Assembly: GCA_027310365.1 (NCBI GenBank)
Contig: DAIDAY010000001.1
Coordinates: 4,142 to 68,141 of the forward strand
Origin: a bacterium
GTDB taxonomy: Bacteria > Patescibacteriota > Minisyncoccia > UBA6257 > GWB1-50-10
Length of the DNA: 64,000 nucleotides
Direction: 5' to 3'
Shown here: in pieces, positions 29,835 to 38,775 of the stretch
How the letters are laid out: every line of letters begins with the position of its first letter
Position numbering within the stretch: position 1 is the first letter of the stretch
The notes under the pieces: generated by a model
Told to the model about the DNA's origin: nothing
Database searches by the model: none
The model's input: the letters and a program-made list of their open reading frames with translations, nothing else
Position numbers and translations under genes: made by a program

Positions 29835-30926
29835 ATGAAAGACTATTACAAAGTACTCGGTGTTCCAAAGGATGAAAGCGAGGAGAATATTAAAAAGGCG
29901 TACCGGAGACTGGCGCATGAGTACCACCCGGACAAGCCGGGGGGCAACGAAGCAAAGTTCAAGGAAATCAACGAGGCGTACCAAGTGCTCTCCAACAAAG
30001 AAAAGCGGGCGCAGTACGACCGGTTTGGCCAAGTCTTTGAGAACGGAGCTCAGCCGGGAGCCGGTGGGGGCACATGGAATCCTTTCGGCGAGGGGTTTTC
30101 GTCGTGGGGTTTCGGCGGCAACGCGGAGGATATCGGGGATATCTTCGGCGACATTTTTGAACAATTCGGAGGAGGAAAGCGCAAAACTCATATACGCGGT
30201 TCCGATATCGAAATCGCGATCCAAATAACGCTCGAAGAGGCGTTCCGCGGACTTCAAAGGGATATCCAGTTCAAAACGAACGTTGCTTGTCCGTTTTGCG
30301 GCGGTGTGGGATACGACAGAAGCAAGGGGACGAAAAAATGCGCCACATGCGGCGGAAAAGGGGAAGTACACGTTAGCCGGCGGACGATCTTCGGAAATAT
30401 TTCGCAGGCGAAGACCTGCGACGAATGCGGCGGCTTGGGTGAAATTCCGAATGCCAAATGCAAACACTGCGGAGGCGACGGCCGCGTGTTTTCCTCGAAA
30501 ACGGTTTCGATCTACATCGCCCCGGGAATCGAAGACGGCCAAGTGATCAAAATTGCGGGCGGGGGCGAGGCCGGATTGAAGAACGGCGGAAACGGCGATC
30601 TTTACGTAATGGTAGGGGTGACGCCGAGCGCAATTTACACGAGGAAGAAAGATGGTCTCTATGCGACGAAAAACGTGACGCTTTCGGAAGCTCTTTTGGG
30701 AAAAGAGATACCGATAACGGACGTCGGCGGCGAAAAGTTCACGGTCAAGATACCCGCGGGATTTTCGTTGAGCGAAAAGATAACGGTTCCGAAGCGGGGT
30801 ATGCCGCGATTCGGTGGCGGAGGCCGGGGTGATCTCTATCTCACATTCAACCTGAAACTCCCGAAGCACGTATCTTCCAAAGCGAAGAAATTAATCGAGG
30901 ACTTGGGAAACGAACTCAATGATTGA
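29835..30926 (+). CDS. dnaJ: chaperone DnaJ
   Basis: HPD J-domain, G/F region and four CxxCxGxG repeats. Confidence 0.97.
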   Translation: MKDYYKVLGVPKDESEENIKKAYRRLAHEYHPDKPGGNEAKFKEINEAYQVLSNKEKRAQYDRFGQVFENGAQPGAGGGTWNPFGEGFSSWGFGGNAEDIGDIFGDIFEQFGGGKRKTHIRGSDIEIAIQITLEEAFRGLQRDIQFKTNVACPFCGGVGYDRSKGTKKCATCGGKGEVHVSRRTIFGNISQAKTCDECGGLGEIPNAKCKHCGGDGRVFSSKTVSIYIAPGIEDGQVIKIAGGGEAGLKNGGNGDLYVMVGVTPSAIYTRKKDGLYATKNVTLSEALLGKEIPITDVGGEKFTVKIPAGFSLSEKITVPKRGMPRFGGGGRGDLYLTFNLKLPKHVSSKAKKLIEDLGNELND

Positions 30927-32046
30927 TGAGGAAAAAACGTGGAGCGTCGGCGGCTTCCTGGATCACCTGAACAACATTCTGAAGAGTGAAGAGGTTTTCG
31001 TCGTCGGGGAAGTGACCGAACTCAAGAAGCACCCCACGGGGTTCTATTTCGCCCTGAAGGATCAGGAGGGCGAAGGTATCCTTTTCTGTTATTTGAGTCC
31101 AAGGAAAGCAAAGATGTTCGGCATCGATTTCGAGGACGGGTTTTTGGTCAAGGTCGGAGGCTCTCCCGGCATTTACAAGCCGCGCGGCAGTTTCAGTTTC
31201 GTCGTGGAAAGTCTGGAGCTCGTGGGCGAAGGATCACTCAAGAAAACATACGAACTTTTGAAGAAAAAACTTGAGACCGAAGGCCTCTTTATGAGAAAAA
31301 GAGAATTGCCGAAATTCATAAATAGTGTTGGTATTATAACTTCAAAGACCGGAGCGGTCATAGATGACTTCAGGAAAAACCTGAAGCAATTAGGCCTTCA
31401 TCTTTGTCTCTATGATGCGAGAGTTGAGGGTCGGGAAGCGGTCGCCAACATCATGGCGGGCATCGATTATTTCAACGGCTTTCCTGAGGGAACGTTCGAC
31501 GTTTTAGTCGTTATGCGGGGCGGCGGAAGCCTGGAAGATTTGCAGGCATTCAACAACGAGGCCGTCGCGCGGAAAGTATTTTCGTCCCGCATCCCGGTTC
31601 TCTGCGGCATCGGCCACGACAAAGACGTCCCGATTGCGAGCTTAGTTTGCGATAAAGCGGTGTCTACCCCTTCGATCGCCGCACAGACGGTGAACGCTTC
31701 GTGGGACGATTTGTTTTCGGGAGTTCCGCTGCTTTCCAAAAAACTCTCGTTCGCTTTCGAATCAGCCCTCGGCGAAGCGGCGGGTACGCTCGAAAACCTT
31801 TCTCAGCCACTTCTCGGTTTTTTGTTTTCGGAAATAGAGCGCGTGAAAGCGCGGCTTGAGTATTTCCTGAAATATTTGAATGCCGCAAACCCGATGAGGA
31901 ATTTGAAACTCGGCTATAGCGTCGTTTTCGGAAACGGGGAAAAGATCATCAAAGATGCCCGGTTATTGAAGAAACACGATAAAATAACCATTAAGCTCTT
32001 TAAGGGTTTGATCGGCGGCAAAGTAACGGATATCATAGATGAATAG
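30919..32046 (+). CDS. xseA: exodeoxyribonuclease VII large subunit
   Basis: [26 protein letters not shown] and GIGH motifs. Confidence 0.94.
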   Translation: MIDEEKTWSVGGFLDHLNNILKSEEVFVVGEVTELKKHPTGFYFALKDQEGEGILFCYLSPRKAKMFGIDFEDGFLVKVGGSPGIYKPRGSFSFVVESLELVGEGSLKKTYELLKKKLETEGLFMRKRELPKFINSVGIITSKTGAVIDDFRKNLKQLGLHLCLYDARVEGREAVANIMAGIDYFNGFPEGTFDVLVVMRGGGSLEDLQAFNNEAVARKVFSSRIPVLCGIGHDKDVPIASLVCDKAVSTPSIAAQTVNASWDDLFSGVPLLSKKLSFAFESALGEAAGTLENLSQPLLGFLFSEIERVKARLEYFLKYLNAANPMRNLKLGYSVVFGNGEKIIKDARLLKKHDKITIKLFKGLIGGKVTDIIDE

Positions 32047-32047
32047 C

Positions 32048-32263
32048 ATGCCCACCAAAGACAAAAAAGAAAAAAAGGAAATGAGCGAAGAGTTGAACAA
32101 ACTCCAGAAAATCGTGGAGTGGTTTGAAGAGCGCGAAGAAGTGGATGTTGAAGAAGGCCTTGCGAAAGTCAAGGAAGGCGCCGCTATCATCAAGGATTTG
32201 AAATCGCGGATGAAGGACGTCGAAAATGAATTTGAGATTGTCAAAAAGAATTTAAAAGATTAG
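32048..32263 (+). CDS. xseB: exodeoxyribonuclease VII small subunit
   Basis: LQKIVEWFE..VDVEEGL; follows xseA. Confidence 0.88.
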   Translation: MPTKDKKEKKEMSEELNKLQKIVEWFEEREEVDVEEGLAKVKEGAAIIKDLKSRMKDVENEFEIVKKNLKD

Positions 32264-32265
32264 CG

Positions 32266-32616
32266 ATGGAAAGCATTTCGATAGACAAGTTCAAGGAAAT
32301 CGATTTGAGGGTCGCGAAAGTTCTTTCAGCTGAAAAAGTCGAGAACGCCGACAAGCTTTTGCGCTTAGAGATTGATCTCGGCTCTTCAACGAATCCAGGG
32401 CAGGCAACAGAGAAAAGACAGATCGTTTCCGGTATCGCGGAATATTATGCGCCGGAGTCGCTCGTCGGCAGAGAAATCATCGTGGTGTACAATCTCGAGC
32501 CGAGAACGCTGAAGGGTTTGGAAAGCAAGGGGATGCTTTTGGCGGCATCGGGCGACGGCTTCGTTTCGCTTCTGGAACCAGATAAGAAAGTGCCGCCCGG
32601 AAGTAAAATTTTTTAA
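32266..32616 (+). CDS. stand-alone tRNA-binding OB-fold (MetRS C-terminal/Trbp111-like)
   Basis: DLRVAKV, ADKLL, RQIVSGI and NLEPR..G.ES.GMLLAA motifs. Confidence 0.9.
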   Translation: MESISIDKFKEIDLRVAKVLSAEKVENADKLLRLEIDLGSSTNPGQATEKRQIVSGIAEYYAPESLVGREIIVVYNLEPRTLKGLESKGMLLAASGDGFVSLLEPDKKVPPGSKIF

Positions 32617-32691
32617 TCCCTAAAAAACAGGAAGCGGAAAGTTGGCAGCAAAAAGGTTCCCCGCTTCAAATATATCGGTGATTAAACACCG

Positions 32692-32717
32692 AGGTGGTAT
32701 ACTATAATATACCACCT
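32692..32717. repeat. palindrome AGGTGGTATA-CTATAA-TATACCACCT
   Basis: Near-identical to the reconstructed IS200 target palindrome upstream of the TrpR-like gene. Confidence 0.8.
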
Positions 32718-32722
32718 TGAGC

Positions 32723-33097
32723 TTACGACATCCGCCGGGTCGCAGACGGCCAAACTTTCCTTATTTTTTGATTTTTCCAAATACCGTCCGGATAGTGTTT
32801 CTGCAATTTTTTGCCTTTTCCATTGCTTCTTTGCTTAAAACCAGATCGCAAAAAAGTTATCGTCCTCCTGGTAACGTCTGCACGCCGACTAATTTCTCGT
32901 ATTGGTACGCCCTTCTCCAAGAAAGCAACGATCATTAACCGTTTTTCAAACATCGCCATTTCATCTTGAGGGAGAAGGCGACTGAGTATTTTCTCAATAT
33001 CACCGGCGCTTTTAACTTGCTTCAATGCTCCAAAAAAGCTCTCCCAAACTTTTTCTTTTATATCTTCCTCGAAAAGTTTTTTGCTGGTTCGCGGCAT
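32723..33097 (-). CDS. TrpR/YerC-like HTH protein
   Basis: LL..DE..M..KRL.I...L.KGVPIREISR...VTRRTIT pattern. Confidence 0.8.
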   Translation of the reverse strand: MPRTSKKLFEEDIKEKVWESFFGALKQVKSAGDIEKILSRLLPQDEMAMFEKRLMIVAFLEKGVPIREISRRADVTRRTITFLRSGFKQRSNGKGKKLQKHYPDGIWKNQKIRKVWPSATRRMS

Positions 33098-33118
33098 AGT
33101 TTTGGATGGTATACTATA

Positions 33119-33640
33119 GTGAATTTAATTCCGCGGGCTGAAGCCCGCGGCTTCCCGTATCATCATGGCATACTTTCGGTATTCTCGCGAATGGAGCTTT
33201 TGACAGCGTTGTAGTTCCTGACCCCCACCGTCTCAGCAAAGCAGCCGTCCGCCCAGAAGTTGTCTCCCCAGAGGAATTCTTCAAGATCAGGAAACTCTTT
33301 TCGGATCACCCGACCGTGCCACCCTTCAGATACTGGACGGCTTTGGCGAGGGCAAGATGTGGTTGAATCTAAGTCATGAGATGGACGTGATTGGGAAGGA
33401 TCTTCGGTTCATCAAGCCACCAGCGGTTCACGGTGGCAGCTTCGTAGAGGAGGTTGTGAAGACGGCCGGCCACTTTGTCTGTTAGTATCCGCTTCTGGTG
33501 CTTAAGAAGCAGAACGAGGCAATGCCGGAGACAGTGTCTCGTGCGGGCACCGCTCCAATGCTTGGGGTGCCATACCGAAAGTATGCCAGACTACGCTTCA
33601 CCCTACCAGACTAAAGCCTGGGGCTATAGGCAGGGAGAGA
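33119..33640 (-). mobile_element. IS200-family insertion sequence (522 bp, degenerate)
   Basis: Right end GAAG-hairpin (33131-33150)-TTCAC; left-end hairpin ~33601-33623; removing it restores a perfect 20-bp palindrome with no target duplication. Confidence 0.88.
33163..33573 (-). pseudogene. tnpA: IS200 Y1 transposase pseudogene
   Basis: ..PNHVHLM*..YLKGG(fs)..RKEFP..LWG..FWADG.F..TVG; internal stop, frameshifts, catalytic Tyr apparently lost (VKSSIRE). Confidence 0.85.
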
Positions 33641-33695
33641 GTATACCACTTTCCTATTTTATCCGTGGGCTTATAATCAGTATTGTATTTTCCAT

Positions 33696-34661
33696 ATGAA
33701 GAAGGTGCTGGTTATCGCAATCACAATCGCTGTCTTACTCGGCGGATTTTATTATTTTTTTCTTGGGGCGGCGGGAAGTGATCAAGCGCCTGAACGGTTT
33801 GTCATATCCCTTGGTGAAGACAAATCGCAGGCCACGCAAGATTTAGCGCGTCAAGGTTTCATAAAGAACAGCTTGGGATTTGCAATAGCGGCACTCCTTG
33901 AGGGGAATCGCACTCTCGTGCCCGGTGGGTACAAGATTTCCAAGTCTATGAACGCTTTCCAAGTGGCATTGGTTTTGGCGAAGCCGTCGTATATGAAATG
34001 GGTCGTCGTGCCAGAAGGTCTTCGGAAAGAAGAAATCGCTGACATGCTCCAAAAAATCTTGGGTTGGTTGGATGACACGAAGAGCCAATTCCTGAACGCC
34101 TATCAGCGTTTGGGTGGGAATGAGTACCGGGAAGGCGTCTACTTCCCCGACACGTATCTCCTTCCAGTTGACGAAACAGGCACCCAGATAGCCCAGAGAT
34201 TCATAACCCAATTCAATGAAAGTTTCACGCCGTACGCCAAAGAAGCTGCGGCTCAAAACATAAAGTGGACTACGGCGCTAAAAATCGCTTCGCTCATAGA
34301 ACGGGAGGCCAGCGGCACGAGCGACATGGCTCTGATATCGGGAATCATTTGGAATCGGCTTCTGAAAAACATGCCGCTCGACATCGACGCGACCATCCAA
34401 TATGTCATCGGAGACGCGGGGAGCGGTTATTGGGCGCCGCTCACAAAGGGAGCGACCAGTTTCAAGTCGCCCTACAATACCTACCTCCACGCCGGTCTTC
34501 CACCGACACCGATCTCCAATCCGGGGATCGATGCCATCAATGCGGCGCTCAATCCGGCAACGACGACATGCCTGTATTACCTCCACGACGCGAATGGGGT
34601 CATCCACTGCACCGATACGTATGCCGGACAACAAGCAAATATACAAAAATATTTGAAATAA
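33696..34661 (+). CDS. mltG: endolytic transglycosylase MltG
   Basis: VPEG, EGVYFPDTY, ASLIEREA, SPYNTY and GLPPTPISNPG motifs. Confidence 0.93.
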   Translation: MKKVLVIAITIAVLLGGFYYFFLGAAGSDQAPERFVISLGEDKSQATQDLARQGFIKNSLGFAIAALLEGNRTLVPGGYKISKSMNAFQVALVLAKPSYMKWVVVPEGLRKEEIADMLQKILGWLDDTKSQFLNAYQRLGGNEYREGVYFPDTYLLPVDETGTQIAQRFITQFNESFTPYAKEAAAQNIKWTTALKIASLIEREASGTSDMALISGIIWNRLLKNMPLDIDATIQYVIGDAGSGYWAPLTKGATSFKSPYNTYLHAGLPPTPISNPGIDAINAALNPATTTCLYYLHDANGVIHCTDTYAGQQANIQKYLK

Positions 34662-34840
34662 AGGAGTTGATGCACAAACGCATCGCTGGATGGTCACGCG
34701 ATGAAAAAGTGAAAAAGCTTTTTGGGATAAAATGAAAAATCGTGCTAAACTTGGGAACAAGCCGGGCAATCCGGCGTACCGGACAGCAGCCACATTCAGG
34801 TACCGGCAATATTTGAAGGTTAAAAAGACAAAATCGAAAA

Positions 34841-35515
34841 ATGAACGGTAAACTTTACATCGTGGGAACGCCCATCGGAAATTTGAAGGACATAACGGAG
34901 AGGGGAATCGCGACGCTCAAAAGCGTCGATTTGATACTCGCGGAAGATACCCGGGTGACCAGCAAACTCCTGAACCACCTCGGCGCGAGAAAGCCCATGT
35001 GGCGATATGACGAATACGCGAAGGATGATCTTTACGAACGCATCCTTGAATTCCTGGGAGCGGGGAAAAATATAGCCATGGTGACGGATGCCGGCATGCC
35101 GAACATCGCCGATCCGGGGTCAAAACTGATTTCCTTCGTACGGGAACGGACGCCGGAAGCGGAAATCGTGTCGATACCGGGGCCTTCCGCCATCGTGACC
35201 GCTCTTTCGGTTTCCGGAATGAATGCCGATACATTTACGTTTGCCGGCTACCCACCGCACAAGAAGGGGAGGCAAACCTTTTTCAAAAAGCTGAAAGAAA
35301 TCGAAATGAGGCCCGTTGTCATGTATGAGTCGCCCCATCGGCTCCAGAAAACGTTCGGCGACATGGAGAAAATCTGCTCGTCGCAGCACCCGATAACCGT
35401 GGCGAAAGAACTTACGAAAATTCACGAAGAGGTATGGAGCGGAACGATCGATGAAGCGAAAAAGCATTTTGAAAAGGATCGGGGAAAAGGGGAATTTGTG
35501 ATCATCATACCCTGA
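34841..35515 (+). CDS. rsmI: 16S rRNA C1402 2'-O-methyltransferase
   Basis: TPIGNL.DIT, AEDTR, DAGMP.IADPG, YESPHR and ELTK motifs. Confidence 0.95.
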   Translation: MNGKLYIVGTPIGNLKDITERGIATLKSVDLILAEDTRVTSKLLNHLGARKPMWRYDEYAKDDLYERILEFLGAGKNIAMVTDAGMPNIADPGSKLISFVRERTPEAEIVSIPGPSAIVTALSVSGMNADTFTFAGYPPHKKGRQTFFKKLKEIEMRPVVMYESPHRLQKTFGDMEKICSSQHPITVAKELTKIHEEVWSGTIDEAKKHFEKDRGKGEFVIIIP

Positions 35516-36114
35516 TGGCGTACCGGGGAAAGAGAATGCTGGATTTGATCGTCGCCGTACCGGCTTCCCTGATTACCGCGGTTTTAACACCCTTCGTGGG
35601 TGTCTTCATTGTTTTGGAAAGTGGTTTCCCGATATTCGCGAGGCTCGATCGCGTGAGCGGCAGCAGAACGATCCGGGTTTGGAAATTCCGCTCGATGGTG
35701 AGAGGGGCGCACGCCATAAAGAAGGAGTTGGAAAATTTGAACGAGCGGAAAGACGGACCGCTTTTCAAGATAAAGAATGATCCACGGCTGACAAAAATCG
35801 GGAAAATGCTACGGAAATTCAGATTGGATGAACTCCCTCAGGTTTGGAATGTTTTGACGGGCGATATATCGCTCGTGGGACCCCGGCCGCACGAACCGGA
35901 AGAAATTCTGCAGTATCCGCCGGAATTTAAAAGACTCTTTCTTGCTAAATCAGGTCTCACAGGACTCTCTCAAGTAAGCGGTGCATCGAAACTGCCATTC
36001 AAGGAGGAGGTGGCGCTCGACCTCTTCTACGTCGACAACGAATCGTTTCTCGTGGATTTGAAGATTCTCTGGAAAACGCTCATCATTTTTTTCTCCGACC
36101 CCACGGGAGTGTAG
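35515..36114 (+). CDS. bacterial sugar transferase (priming phosphoglycosyl transferase)
   Basis: KFRSM, DPRLT, DELPQ and SLVGPRP motifs. Confidence 0.93.
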   Translation: MAYRGKRMLDLIVAVPASLITAVLTPFVGVFIVLESGFPIFARLDRVSGSRTIRVWKFRSMVRGAHAIKKELENLNERKDGPLFKIKNDPRLTKIGKMLRKFRLDELPQVWNVLTGDISLVGPRPHEPEEILQYPPEFKRLFLAKSGLTGLSQVSGASKLPFKEEVALDLFYVDNESFLVDLKILWKTLIIFFSDPTGV

Positions 36115-36413
36115 AGAGAAGAATTATGTTTGACATAGGCCACCGTTGTGAGAGAAGTTTTTAATTTCTCTCTATTTTTTTCTCAACATCTCTATTTTCC
36201 ATTCTTCCCGAAGAAACATTCCATGCAGGCTGCGCGTCTCTGCCTGACGGCAACTCTCGGAGCGCCGATAGCTCGATTCCGCAAAGCGGATATCGGCGCG
36301 AGAGCATAGCGGTGCGGCGAGCCGCTGGAGCGAGCCGACACCCGGTGACAGAGAATATGGACACGCAGCCGAAAGCATGGAAAATCACGTAGAATCGGGG
36401 TAGAATTGAGCTA

Positions 36414-37511
36414 ATGAAAGTTGCCATTCTCCATGATTATCTGAACCAGTTCGGCGGAGCGGAACGGGTGGTGAAAGTCCTTCTCGAAATTTTCCCGAAT
36501 GCCGACATTTACACCCTCCTGCACGACGTGGAGAAAACAAACGGCCTCTTCGCGAAGAACGTCAAAAAGACCAGCTTCCTCGATCATGCACTCGTAACGA
36601 GCCACCACCGCGCCCTGATTCCCTTGATGCCCCTTGCGGCCCGCCTGCTGACCGCGGACGAAGAATATGATTTGGTTCTTTCTTCTTCTGCGGGATACGG
36701 GAAGGGAATTAACGTGAAGGGGCAATATCATGTGTGCTATTGCCATACGCCCCTTCGCTACGCGTGGGAAATCGATTACCTGAAAAACTTGTCGATTACG
36801 CCCAAGGGATTTTCGCAGGTGTTCACATATCCGATCGCGCGGTGGCTCAAGACATGGGACAAGAATGCAGCGCAAAAAGTGAATCTTTTCATCGCCAATT
36901 CAACCTTCATCGCGGATAAGATAAAATCCTATTACGGCCGGGATGCGGTTGTTGTGAATCCGCCAGTCAATTTGAGCGTGTTTTTTCCGGAGAGCGGAAG
37001 CGGAAAAAAAGACTATTACCTCATGGTCGGACGGATGCTGTATTTCAAGGGCTTCGACATCGGCATTCATGCCTTCAATCATCTCCAGAAGCCGTTGAAA
37101 ATCGCGGGGAACGGCCCCGAACTCAAGAAACTCCAAAGGACAGCGAAGTCACCGTACATCGAATTCATCACGAACGCGAGCGACCAAGACCTTCGCCTCT
37201 TGTACTCGAATGCCAAGGCGCTCATTTTCCCGCAAATAGAAGATTTCGGCCTCGTCGCAGCCGAAGCCCAGGCCTGCGGGACGCCCGTCATCGCTTACGA
37301 AAAAGGCGGCATCAAAGATATCGTTATCAATAAAAAAACGGGGCTTTTCTTCGGGGAACAAACCCCTGAAGCCGTCATCGCCGCGGTGAAAGATTTCGAG
37401 AACATGCCGTTCAATCGCTCCCTGATCACCAAGACTGCAGAACGGTTTTCGAAAGAACGTTTCAAGAAAAACATCCTGGATGTTGTGAAGAGTTACGGCA
37501 TACGACTCTGA
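36414..37511 (+). CDS. glycosyltransferase family 4
   Basis: HDYL..GGAERV, YCHTP.RY and EDFG...EAQACG motifs. Confidence 0.93.
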   Translation: MKVAILHDYLNQFGGAERVVKVLLEIFPNADIYTLLHDVEKTNGLFAKNVKKTSFLDHALVTSHHRALIPLMPLAARLLTADEEYDLVLSSSAGYGKGINVKGQYHVCYCHTPLRYAWEIDYLKNLSITPKGFSQVFTYPIARWLKTWDKNAAQKVNLFIANSTFIADKIKSYYGRDAVVVNPPVNLSVFFPESGSGKKDYYLMVGRMLYFKGFDIGIHAFNHLQKPLKIAGNGPELKKLQRTAKSPYIEFITNASDQDLRLLYSNAKALIFPQIEDFGLVAAEAQACGTPVIAYEKGGIKDIVINKKTGLFFGEQTPEAVIAAVKDFENMPFNRSLITKTAERFSKERFKKNILDVVKSYGIRL

Positions 37512-37512
37512 A

Positions 37513-37615
37513 TCCCGTGAGCAACGAACGTCCCATCAATGATTTACAAAAATGAGCCAGTGAAATACAAAACTTTTCACAACGAGTCGGGTTTTTTAAT
37601 TTGTTTCTAACGGGA
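37513..37615 (+). repeat. MITE-like element, copy 3 (ends on A of GT4 ATG)
   Basis: TGAA-tcccgtgagcaa...tttctaacggga-TGAA. Confidence 0.65.
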
Positions 37616-38775
37616 TGAAGATTTTCATCGATACGAGATCACTTGACGCAAAAATCATTTCCGGCATCCCAGAATATACGCGCTTCCTGGTCAAAAATCT
37701 CACGGAAATGTACCCGGAGGAAAAATACCTCTTCTTCTCAAACGGCTTTCACAGGAAGAGAAATCCCTCTTCTGCCGAAAACCTCCCGGGGAAGACAATC
37801 AACTACGGTATACCGAACAAAATCTGGGATACGACAAATCGTTTCTCTCATCTACCGAACATAGACAAGCTCGTGAAAGCCGATGTTTACCTGAGCCCGC
37901 ATATCGATATTCTTTCCTTTAAGGAGCCGCGGAAACACATCCTCACCATCCACGATCTTTCGTTCATCTTCCATAAAGAATTTTTCACATGGAGAAAGAA
38001 CTTCTGGCACTGGCGTCAGAACTACCAAAAGCAAATCAAGGAAGCGGGGTGCGTCATTGCGGTATCAGATTTCACGCGCCAAAACATTCTGGATCATTTC
38101 CGCATCGCCGAAGGGAAGGTTGTCCGCATCTATCCGGGGATAAACCCATACTATAAGCAACTCGGCGCGAAGGACGATGGGCTCACGACTTTTCGAAAGC
38201 AAAAAAAAATCAGTTATCCTTTCATCCTTCATGTCGGGACGCTCGAACCGCGCAAAAATGCGATCGGCGCCATAAGGAGCTTCAATATCCTCAAGGAGAA
38301 GAAGGAATTCCGGGACTTACGGTTCATTCTCGTCGGCACACGAGGATGGCTCTATGAAAAAATAGTTGCCGAGATCGCGGCATCACCCTTCGAGAAAGAT
38401 ATTCTTCTTTGGGGGAGGGCAACGGAAGAAGAATTGCGTTATCTCTACAATCTTGCGGCGGCTTTCGTGTATCCCTCTTTCTTTGAAGGGTTCGCTTTTC
38501 CATGCCTCGAAGCCCAGGCCTGCGGGACGCCCGTCATCGCTTCTGACCGGGGACCTCTTCCCGAAACTCTCGGGGAAAGCGCCTTTTTCGTGAATCCTTG
38601 GAAGGTCTACGAAATCGGAATGGCAATGGAGAGCATTTTATCACACAATAATAAAAGGGATGAACTCGTGAAGGCCGGTTTCGAAAACGTAAAGAAGTTC
38701 AACTGGACCGTTGCGGCCCGGGAAGTTATGGAAACCTTGAAAAAAAATCACCATGCCCCAAAAGACTGTTCCTAA
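37615..38775 (+). CDS. glycosyltransferase family 4
   Basis: TIHDL, VGTLEPRKN and YPSFFEGF..EAQACG motifs. Confidence 0.93.
   Translation: MKIFIDTRSLDAKIISGIPEYTRFLVKNLTEMYPEEKYLFFSNGFHRKRNPSSAENLPGKTINYGIPNKIWDTTNRFSHLPNIDKLVKADVYLSPHIDILSFKEPRKHILTIHDLSFIFHKEFFTWRKNFWHWRQNYQKQIKEAGCVIAVSDFTRQNILDHFRIAEGKVVRIYPGINPYYKQLGAKDDGLTTFRKQKKISYPFILHVGTLEPRKNAIGAIRSFNILKEKKEFRDLRFILVGTRGWLYEKIVAEIAASPFEKDILLWGRATEEELRYLYNLAAAFVYPSFFEGFAFPCLEAQACGTPVIASDRGPLPETLGESAFFVNPWKVYEIGMAMESILSHNNKRDELVKAGFENVKKFNWTVAAREVMETLKKNHHAPKDCS

Noticed and set aside
34755-34810. SRP RNA-like hairpin (TCCGG-CGTA-CCGGA-CAGCAGCC)
   Set aside because: Lacks the CAGG..GNRA..AGCA helix-8 arrangement and a long closing stem
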